The notes under the pieces were generated by a model, which saw only the letters and a program-made list of their open reading frames with translations, did not search any database and was not told where the DNA came from. DNA of 32,000 bases from assembly GCA_001766815.1 (NCBI GenBank), contig LYOS01000001.1, positions 60,001 through 92,000 of the forward strand, read 5' to 3'. This stretch comes from Candidatus Syntropharchaeum caldarium. Its GTDB lineage: Archaea; Halobacteriota; Syntropharchaeia; Syntropharchaeales; Syntropharchaeaceae. The number at the start of each line of letters is the position of its first letter. Position 1 is the stretch's first letter. A program made the translations under genes and the position numbers. Shown one piece after another: positions 8,006 through 15,828 of the stretch.

Positions 8006-8647
8006 ATGAAAAAAACAATTTTTATTTTATTTCTACTTTTTATCCTCGTAATAAGTCCAGCGAGTGCAGACCTTTTCAACGAAATGAATCAGAAGGTTCT
8101 GGTTTATAATCAGAATGTAGATAGAGTTCCAGGTGTTATAAAAAGCCTGCTCGGAAATGAGGAGATACATGGTATTATAGATTTAAACGACGGCAGTAAA
8201 TTGGAAGTAAAAGCAGTAACGAAGGAAGCAAGGGTTATCGAATTTGGGAAGGTAGGAACTGAGATAGCTCCCGGCAAAGGCGATTGCAATAAAGATGATG
8301 ATTTGACTGCTTTAGATGCATTGTGTGCTTTAAAAATGTCTGTTGGTAAAATGCAGACTCACGAGAGCATTGATGTGGATGAAGATGGCAAAGTTACCTC
8401 TTTGGATGCAAGGATAATACTTCAAGCTGTCGTTGGTTGGAGCCCCGAAGTAAATCCAACAATTGTAGTAAAAACAGATGAAGATACCATGCGTAGCATA
8501 ATGAACTCGCAAAAACCAGTTGATACATTCTTAGATGCTCTTGATAGTGGGGCTATTAAAATTGAAGCCGTTGGAGTGGTAAAAGGTATTATCCTTTCAA
8601 TAGGGAAGGTTGTGCTACAAATAGCAAGATCTCTGGGAATATTGTAA
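8006..8647 (+). CDS. Small secreted protein with an internal dockerin module
   Basis: 213 aa. Signal peptide: IFILFLLFILVISPASA. Dockerin at nt 8279-8445: DCNKDDDLTALDAL and DVDEDGKVTSLDAR. The flanking halves are homologous to the protein at 15349..15804. Confidence 0.8.
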   Translation: MKKTIFILFLLFILVISPASADLFNEMNQKVLVYNQNVDRVPGVIKSLLGNEEIHGIIDLNDGSKLEVKAVTKEARVIEFGKVGTEIAPGKGDCNKDDDLTALDALCALKMSVGKMQTHESIDVDEDGKVTSLDARIILQAVVGWSPEVNPTIVVKTDEDTMRSIMNSQKPVDTFLDALDSGAIKIEAVGVVKGIILSIGKVVLQIARSLGIL

Positions 8648-8774
8648 GTAATAGTACTTTAGAGAATTTTGAAAAATCCCTTGCCGTTAACCCTACCAAA
8701 CACAACAAACCACTAAAAAATCTTTTTAACCAAAACCGAAAGCATTATTAATCTCTTTTCCTAATATAATAATT

Positions 8775-9600
8775 ATGAAGTCCCTAATCGATTATTTGTT
8801 GAATGAAGAGTATGCAAAGGTTGAACGTCTTGGTGACAGGCTTGCACAAATAGATCCACTGATTAACTGGGATGCTTTCAGCATGAGGCGTAAAGCACGC
8901 CTCATACACCCATGTCCAACCTTCGGTTGGACTTGAGCACCTCTTTGAGGTGCTCCTTTCGCAATGCCTTTATCAAAGGCATCTGCGGTAGAACCATTCG
9001 CTCGTTCTGAGCGAGTTTTCCAGCCTTCGGCTGGATATTTCCGATCTTTGATCGGAATTGCCCTATCAAAGATGGGCTTTTGCGTGCAGACTTTGGAAAG
9101 CCTGCGTGAAGATAATATTCACCGCATTTTCCTTCAATCTCTATCATCTCTCCACGATAAGGCGCCGGGAGGCGACTTAGCGTAAGCCATCGTCAGATTA
9201 CGGATCAGGAAGAGAAAAACAGGGGTGATGGATGGGGATTGAGAAGGAGACCGGCGTCAGTGGCATTTATTATTCATGAGAGGGTCTGGTTTAAGCTTTG
9301 ACCGGTGGAGGAAGGGGTAAATCAGAATACTCAGTTATACTTTTCCCGGATAATAAAAGTGCATTCTAAATCCTGATGTACTAAGCGTGGATTCTCCCGA
9401 CCTGTCGCTGGACATGAACCGGTTCATCATCAGAGATCGTTCAACGATGCTGAGATCTATGAGGAGATCTTAGAAGAGCTTAAAAGGAGAAGAATAGCCA
9501 TATATAGAGACACAATAATCTTTGATAAGGGATACTATGGATATGGAAAAGCTAAGAGGGATGAGCTCTTACCGCCTTCCTGTTCAACCAATCCAATTTA
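8775..9600 (+). pseudogene. Decayed DDE (IS4/IS5/ISH-like) transposase
   Basis: N-terminal 36 codons: MKSLIDYLLNEEYAKVERLGDRLAQIDPLINWDAFS (8775-8882). Later frame-shifted pieces: LSVDSPDLSLDMNRF (about 9375-9420) and FNDAEIYEEILEELKRRRIAIYRDTIIFDKGYYGY (about 9440-9545). There is no continuous ORF. Confidence 0.5.
8883..9077. repeat. Cluster of eight different short hairpins/palindromes (candidate structured RNA, MITE or DNA hairpin array)
   Basis: Seven perfect stems and one bulged stem:
- 8883-8905: ATGAGGCG/CGCCTCAT
- 8915-8931: TCCAACC ttc GGTTGGA
- 8935-8955: GAGCACCTC ttt GAGGTGCTC
- 8966-8980: GCCTTT atc AAAGGC
- 8998-9014: TCGCTC gttct GAGCGA
- 9020-9034: CCAGCC ttc GGCTGG
- 9040-9056: TCCGATC ttt GATCGGA
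- 9060-9077: GCCC(t)ATC aaa GATGGGC. Confidence 0.6.
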
Positions 9601-9753
9601 ACTCAAAGGAGAAATTGATTGCAAAGGATCGCTGAGTGGTAGAGAGGAAGAGATGTATGCTTTTTTGCTTGACAAATCTTCAATCTCAGGTTTGAATGAG
9701 ATTTATCCTGTAAACAGGGACCTTGATTTGATACACACGAGAGGCGATGTAAA

Positions 9754-10152
9754 ATGGAGAAGATTACGGAAGGAGTTATAGAGAAACTGATACACCGTGA
9801 ACTCGAAAAAGGTGAAAAGGAGCTTATGGAGCTTTTCAGGGCAGTTGAGATGGGAAAGATGAGCCAGGAGAAGTTCAAAGATAAAAGTAGAGTGCTGCAA
9901 GGGTACGGTGTCTGGTGGGGTTCAGAATCATCTCATTCTCTCAGTAAGGTAAAGGTGAACTATATCAAAAAGCTGGAAGAAGACCTTTATGAAATCTCTG
10001 CAACATGCGAAATGTATTATGAGAGTGGTCATGTATACTGGGAAGAGGATGGAACAGTTCCAGAATATGCTGATAAGCCCAGGAAATCCGCAGTAAAAAT
10101 GATTGTCAATGGAGGTCTTGAGGTTAAAGAATTCGATTTTCAGTGGATTTAA
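9754..10152 (+). CDS. Hypothetical protein (132 aa, Lys/Glu-rich N-terminal half)
   Basis: Only an ORF with a weak GAGG 9 nt upstream. No recognisable motif. It abuts the trailer end of the CRISPR array. Confidence 0.4.
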   Translation: MEKITEGVIEKLIHRELEKGEKELMELFRAVEMGKMSQEKFKDKSRVLQGYGVWWGSESSHSLSKVKVNYIKKLEEDLYEISATCEMYYESGHVYWEEDGTVPEYADKPRKSAVKMIVNGGLEVKEFDFQWI

Positions 10153-10242
10153 TAAAATCCTCCATGAAAAATGTGTCCTATCCCGAAATCATTTTTGCTC
10201 TACAACAACAGTGATAGATACAACCTTTACATCTACAACAAA

Positions 10243-12548
10243 GTTTCAATCCTTGTTTTCCTGGATCTTGCTCTGCAACCTCTGAAAAATTCGAGAAGGA
10301 AACGGGTTGGGTATAGTTTCAATCCTTGTTTTCCTGGATCTTGCTCTGCAACCGTACCATTCCCAGATACTACACTCACATCATCCTGTTTCAATCCTTG
10401 TTTTCCTGGATCTTGCTCTGCAACCGCTTTTGATCTGTCGGATCATATTTATATTCTATTTGTTTCAATCCTTGTTTTCCTGGATCTTGCTCTGCAACTC
10501 CTCAACCTCTTGTTTCCATTCTTCTTCGTTTTTAGTTTCAATCCTTGTTTTCCTGGATCTTGCTCTGCAACCTGCTAAAGCATTGAACAAGATCGTATAT
10601 ACTGTTAGTTTCAATCCTTGTTTTCCTGGATCTTGCTCTGCAACCTACCTTGCGGTGGCTTCTTTGGTAGCAGATAACGATAGTTTCAATCCTTGTTTTC
10701 CTGGATCTTGCTCTGCAACTTGAGGTATGCCTTACCATCGTCTGATGTTGGATCAGTTTCAATCCTTGTTTTCCTGGATCTTGCTCTGCAACCAGATGCT
10801 AATACTATTAGAGTATATTGGCAAACATGTTTCAATCCTTGTTTTCCTGGATCTTGCTCTGCAACTTATCTTGTTATAACTATATCGCCCAAAATAGGTG
10901 GTTTCAATCCTTGTTTTCCTGGATCTTGCTCTGCAACCCGTAGAATATCGACCCGCATCGTGGTATCATCGACAGTGTTTCAATCCTTGTTTTCCTGGAT
11001 CTTGCTCTGCAACTATTTTGAGCTTGCTCGTGCTGTTACGGATGATGAGTTTCAATCCTTGTTTTCCTGGATCTTGCTCTGCAACTTTCAGTCATCTAAG
11101 CCCCCGTTCATGCATTCATCGTTTCAATCCTTGTTTTCCTGGATCTTGCTCTGCAACATTCCTGATTGGCTGGGCTTACCACACCCGTGATATGATGTTT
11201 CAATCCTTGTTTTCCTGGATCTTGCTCTGCAACTTACTGTGACGTACACGAATGAATCCACGTTCATTGGTTTCAATCCTTGTTTTCCTGGATCTTGCTC
11301 TGCAACATGGCTGCAATCGAGAGGGAGTTCTTTCCTAACACATAGTTTCAATCCTTGTTTTCCTGGATCTTGCTCTGCAACCAACATATTCCTCCCACCT
11401 GAGTATATTAACGATCTGTTTCAATCCTTGTTTTCCTGGATCTTGCTCTGCAACTAAAAGATGTAAAACCAGAAGAATCTGCAATAATAGGTTTCAATCC
11501 TTGTTTTCCTGGATCTTGCTCTGCAACCCGATGAGGAGGGCAGGAGTCGAACCTGCCGTGCTGGTTTCAATCCTTGTTTTCCTGGATCTTGCTCTGCAAC
11601 CTCCAGCATTCCGTATCACAATCTCATCGAGTTCCAGTTTCAATCCTTGTTTTCCTGGATCTTGCTCTGCAACCATCCTTCTCCTTTGCGAAGTGAGGAT
11701 TTATGCTTCGTTTCAATCCTTGTTTTCCTGGATCTTGCTCTGCAACCATTGAAGAGCATTATGGAATCTTGAAAGAGAGGTGATGTTTCAATCCTTGTTT
11801 TCCTGGATCTTGCTCTGCAACTTGTTCTTATGTAGTATATGGGTAGGTATCATATAGTTTCAATCCTTGTTTTCCTGGATCTTGCTCTGCAACTCTATCC
11901 TTATCAATATAATCTGGATGTATCCCGGAGTTTCAATCCTTGTTTTCCTGGATCTTGCTCTGCAACCTTCCATTCACCCCCTTTTTTGTGACGAAACTAA
12001 TAGTTTCAATCCTTGTTTTCCTGGATCTTGCTCTGCAACAAGTTACCTCATCACCTTTCACAATGATCCCTTTAGGTTTCAATCCTTGTTTTCCTGGATC
12101 TTGCTCTGCAACTTTATTACAGTAATAACAAGTTTTTATTTTTCGATGTTTCAATCCTTGTTTTCCTGGATCTTGCTCTGCAACCTGTGGTGGACTAAGG
12201 ACGATATGACGGATATTATGTTTCAATCCTTGTTTTCCTGGATCTTGCTCTGCAACACGAGTATATACAACAAATAGTTAGTTTACTATCATCGTTTCAA
12301 TCCTTGTTTTCCTGGATCTTGCTCTGCAACTATCAATTGCAGGCAAGATTGGGGGTTCTATTGGTGGGTTTCAATCCTTGTTTTCCTGGATCTTGCTCTG
12401 CAACCCCACATTTGCATAGCCTGGGTCAATGCCTAATATGGTTTCAATCCTTGTTTTCCTGGATCTTGCTCTGCAACTTATAATCATTCTCAGACATAGA
12501 TTAAGAGATCTGTTTCAATCCTTGTTTTCCTGGATCTTGCTCTGCAAC
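10243..12548 (-). CRISPR. CRISPR array, 32 repeats / 31 spacers, no cas genes in the window
   Basis: 32 identical 37-nt repeats, GTTTCAATCCTTGTTTTCCTGGATCTTGCTCTGCAAC on the + strand. The first is at 10243-10279 and the last at 12512-12548. The 31 spacers are unique and 34-39 nt long. The reverse complement GTTGCAGAGCAAGATCCAGGAAAACAAGGATTGAAAC ends in ATTGAAAC, the Cas6-generated 8-nt handle of type I/III repeats. It closely resembles the Methanosarcina mazei repeat as I remember it, so crRNA is read from the minus strand. Confidence 0.97.
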
Positions 12549-12738
12549 AGCACACATTTTTTCCCGAAATCGTCTGAAAACACACCTCCTTTCTGGTTTT
12601 TCTGGGGACTATTCAACATATCATTTTTATTAAATCCTTTATAAAGATATCTGCACCTCATACTTTCCACCAGCTGAAATTGAGATGTTTTCAAAAAATG
12701 GAAAATGAAAAATGATTTCAGACATAAGTAGACATAAG
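12549..12738 (-). promoter_or_regulatory. Probable CRISPR leader with TATA-like element
   Basis: An AT-rich, non-coding 190 nt on the side implied by repeat orientation. The palindromic TTTATAAA at 12638-12645 lies about 90 nt upstream of the first repeat in the minus sense. Confidence 0.5.
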
Positions 12739-12966
12739 TCAGGCAAACTCCTTTACTTTCTCGATTCTCTCGTAAAATACCAGTCCACATCCACCACAGA
12801 GTTTAATACTAACAGGCTGCCTGCGCGTCTTACCAATCGGAAGCTCTATCTCTCCTATCTCCGCCCCCTTTTCTTCCCCACATCTCGGGCATATACTTGC
12901 GATACTATCACCTCCATAATACCCTTCGACATTACTGTACTTATACTTTTGTATCACAACCCTCAA
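12739..12966 (-). CDS. Small zinc-ribbon protein (75 aa)
   Basis: Two knuckles, CPRCG ... CGGCG. It is co-oriented with the CRISPR array and lies immediately upstream of its leader. Confidence 0.55.
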   Translation of the reverse strand: MRVVIQKYKYSNVEGYYGGDSIASICPRCGEEKGAEIGEIELPIGKTRRQPVSIKLCGGCGLVFYERIEKVKEFA

Positions 12967-13630
12967 CAGCTCTTTTTGTTATTGATCATTTGTTGATCAT
13001 TAATAGATTACTGATTACTGCCTGCTACCGTCACAATACCATAATGTCCAAAAAACTCTCAAAGTACCCATCCTTTGTTATCAGCTCACGGTTCACAGAT
13101 CTTACATTTGTCAGTATGATTCTATCAATGGTCCGATAATCCCACCATAGCTCTTATTCTTATGTTTTTGTTATTATGCTTTTCTTTTAGTGGTTATGTT
13201 AGCAGTACCGTAAGCGATTCTGGGAATTAAATTTACCACATTGCCAATCTTCTTTATCCCGCTCCATCTGTGATCGGTTAAGATTCAATGAACAGACTTC
13301 GTCTCACAGTAGATGCTCCAGGAAAGAACCTGAGTGAGGTACCGCCAGGGCTAAAACAACAGATTCGCGATGTAGAGGTAAAAATAGCGTTAAGATATAT
13401 CTGATTGGTACAGGCAATTAAAAGCTTATGAGCTGGAATAGTTGTTAATTGGTGGGGATTCGGTGTGAGAGATGGAATGTAATTGGGTGTAACACATTAA
13501 ACGCATTATTTTGCAACAGAACTATGAATTGTAGTCAGCGGCAAAGATGAGCTTTCAAACATCAGTGCACAGTCACTTAATACAAAAATTTTTAACCTAT
13601 GGAAGTATTTTAAAGAAAAGGTGGTAAAAA

Positions 13631-15148
13631 ATGAAGTGGTGGGAATGGGGATTAACTGTTGTTACTGGCGGTGCCTATGCAGCTGGAAAGGCACTTTACA
13701 ACGGATACAAGAAGGTAACAGGAATCGCCGATGATGTGGAGAATGCTACTGAACAGATAGGACTCACGATCGCGAAGATCGGAGATACTGTTGTAACCCT
13801 GGGGGATGGTCTTGATTCTTTAATAGAGGAGATAGAGGATCTGCTGGTGATCGAGAGGCTGACTGCCAGGGATGAGTCTGATCTGTGGGATGAGGAGAAA
13901 GAGCGTTTGAACGATTTAATTGAAGAAAGAAAATCACTGAAAAGTGAGATTGCGAAACTTAGAGAAGAGATAAAGACCGAAACAGGCGTTAATATACCAG
14001 ATTTTTATGGCGCCCCACTCCACAGGTGGATAATCGAGAATGTCGTAACAGGCCCGATGTCATGGATCTTTGGCGGATCAAATACGATATGGAGGGATCT
14101 TGGTGAATCTGGTAGAGATAAAGCCTTTAAAATCCTTGGTATAAACTCAAGTCTGATAAAGATCGATAAAGAGATTCATGAGATTCTATATAACGAACCC
14201 GGCGTTTTACCGACGACAATTTATAACGTAAAAGAGGTAATCGAGCGATTCAATACGATAGAACAGCCAAAGATCGAGGATATACTGGATTCGGTCGACG
14301 ACAATCTGGTAGAATCCCAGGAAATCCTGGAACAGATAAAGAAGCTCTTTGTCACGAAAAAACTTGTTCCCATCGATATCGCTACCCTGCCAGAGCTGGA
14401 AGTGGAAAGACTGCGGATGCTTGAAGGTGAATACAAACTTCTCGAATCTGCGATGAAGAAGGATCTGGAAGTAGCAAAACAATTCATGGATCTGAAATTA
14501 GAGACTCAACCTGCCACTCTTAACCTTCCAGTTGCTAAATCAATGCCTGCAGGCGAGATGAAACCGATGGATGCCGATCTTTCATCGGGTATGAGAAAGA
14601 ACTTTAATGTTTCAATGGTGAAAGATCCAGGCATATTAAAACGCGATATCCTGGATGATGCAGGTCCAAAGATCTTTAAGGCATCGAGGCAGCCTGATAG
14701 CGTGAAGATGGCAACTGGCCTGATAAACAGTATAAACAGTAAATACCATGCATACAACAGCGGTTATTCCATTCAAAAAGCAATTATAACGAAGAATGAA
14801 CGAGATATCGCCAAAATAAAGCTCAAGATCGATAAAATTAAGTATAAAGTGGTGGAGGAGCCCGGTGTAATACCAAAGACACTCGCCAATTTTGAAGATA
14901 TACTGAAACGATTTAACACTGAAGAGCAGCCAAGAATCGAGGCTATACTGGATTCTGTCAATGATAACCTGAGAGAATCCAGAGATCTGATAAATAAGGC
15001 AAATACCACCTTTGAAAAAGTATCGGATTTCGCCGGTAATCACAATCTACTGGTAAAGATGGCTCTTGGCGTTGTGGGTGGTGCAGTGGTACTGACGTTG
15101 ATACTGATACCAATAGCCCTGATCAGACTGATAATCTTCGGATTTTAG
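13631..15148 (+). CDS. Tail-anchored coiled-coil protein with an internal duplication (function unknown)
   Basis: 505 aa, with an AAGGTGG RBS. It has a hydrophobic N-terminus, long Glu/Lys/Leu heptad-like stretches and a C-terminal TM (LLVKMALGVVGGAVVLTLILIPIALIRLIIFGF). The repeat EPGVLPTTIYNVKEVIERFNTIEQPKIEDILDSVDDNLVESQ recurs as EPGVIPKTLANFEDILKRFNTEEQPRIEAILDSVNDNLRESR. Confidence 0.7.
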   Translation: MKWWEWGLTVVTGGAYAAGKALYNGYKKVTGIADDVENATEQIGLTIAKIGDTVVTLGDGLDSLIEEIEDLLVIERLTARDESDLWDEEKERLNDLIEERKSLKSEIAKLREEIKTETGVNIPDFYGAPLHRWIIENVVTGPMSWIFGGSNTIWRDLGESGRDKAFKILGINSSLIKIDKEIHEILYNEPGVLPTTIYNVKEVIERFNTIEQPKIEDILDSVDDNLVESQEILEQIKKLFVTKKLVPIDIATLPELEVERLRMLEGEYKLLESAMKKDLEVAKQFMDLKLETQPATLNLPVAKSMPAGEMKPMDADLSSGMRKNFNVSMVKDPGILKRDILDDAGPKIFKASRQPDSVKMATGLINSINSKYHAYNSGYSIQKAIITKNERDIAKIKLKIDKIKYKVVEEPGVIPKTLANFEDILKRFNTEEQPRIEAILDSVNDNLRESRDLINKANTTFEKVSDFAGNHNLLVKMALGVVGGAVVLTLILIPIALIRLIIFGF

Positions 15149-15348
15149 TGAAAAACCTGTGCCTTTGGGAAGGTTTTTGGATAATCCAATTCCAAAAGTT
15201 CGATCAACCTTCATACTCTGTTATCAGATCAACCATAAACATCAACCGCAGCTCAGCATACATATCTACTATCTCGATATCATCTACTTCCATAATCAAC
15301 CCTTTTTGGTGGACAAGAAGTTTATATGATGAAGGCGATAATTATCAT

Positions 15349-15804
15349 ATGCAGAAATCGCGTATGAGGGTGATAACTGCACTGGCATGTCTTATAACAC
15401 TCCTTGCCATGCCATGTGCATCAGCATCTGAAGACTTATTTGGGGATATGTCTTCGGCAATGGATGGATATAATGAGCAAATAGACAAGTTACCATCTTT
15501 TCTGAAGCATATAGGTGATGAGCGGATCAACTGTGAGATTCAGCTTGAGGGTGGCGGATCGATGACTGTCGGCGTGATAATTGATAATTTACAGATAGAC
15601 CTCCAGAAAGGAGCGCTTGATCATCCATCGGTGACCGTACAGGTTGATGAGCAGACGGTACGAGAAATAATCAATTCAGGATCGCCGCTTACAACAATTG
15701 CAGCCGCACTTGAGGATGGTCGTATAACGTACAGGGTACATGGTCGATGGTGGAAAAAATTCAAATACAGTATACTTGAGCGGCTTTTGATCGAGCGTTA
15801 CTGA
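15349..15804 (+). CDS. Small secreted protein, dockerin-less paralog of 8006..8647 (SCP2-like by impression)
   Basis: ATG 15349 gives the signal peptide MQKSRMRVITALACLITLLAMPCASA. The GTG 15148 extension in the ORF track is low-complexity and overlaps the upstream stop. It aligns with 8006..8647 on both sides of that protein's dockerin. Confidence 0.65.
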   Translation: MQKSRMRVITALACLITLLAMPCASASEDLFGDMSSAMDGYNEQIDKLPSFLKHIGDERINCEIQLEGGGSMTVGVIIDNLQIDLQKGALDHPSVTVQVDEQTVREIINSGSPLTTIAAALEDGRITYRVHGRWWKKFKYSILERLLIERY

Positions 15805-15828
15805 AGCGGCGTTGATATATCATCTAAC

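Noticed and set aside
8915-9034. C(UUCG)G tetraloops as evidence for a plus-strand RNA
   Set aside because: On exact pairing, the palindromes centre on 3-nt TTC loops (CC-TTC-GG). The motif is strand-symmetric and gives no orientation.
8902-9185. ORFs 8902..9147 (-) and 8964..9185 (+) as genes
   Set aside because: They span the hairpin cluster. Both frames are open only because of palindromic symmetry, and there is no RBS or motif.
10171-12790. Many 60-165-aa ORFs on both strands across 10.1-12.8 kb (FNPCFPGSCSAT, VSILVFLDLALQ, FQSLFSWILLCN, AEQDPGKQGLK motifs)
   Set aside because: They are translations of the 37-nt CRISPR repeat in different frames, so they are artefacts.
12712-13139. + strand ORFs 12712..12996 and 12897..13139
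   Set aside because: They overlap the better-supported minus-strand zinc-ribbon gene and AT-rich intergenic DNA. They are low-complexity with no RBS.
14207-15043. Several minus-strand ORFs (83-135 aa) inside 13631..15148
   Set aside because: They are antisense to a long ORF that has an RBS and TM/coiled-coil features, and they show low-complexity Ser/Ile/Phe composition.
15148-15348. GTG-initiated 5' extension of the 15349..15804 gene
   Set aside because: The extension is low-complexity (STISISSTSII) and starts at the upstream gene's stop. ATG 15349 yields a proper signal peptide that matches the paralog.
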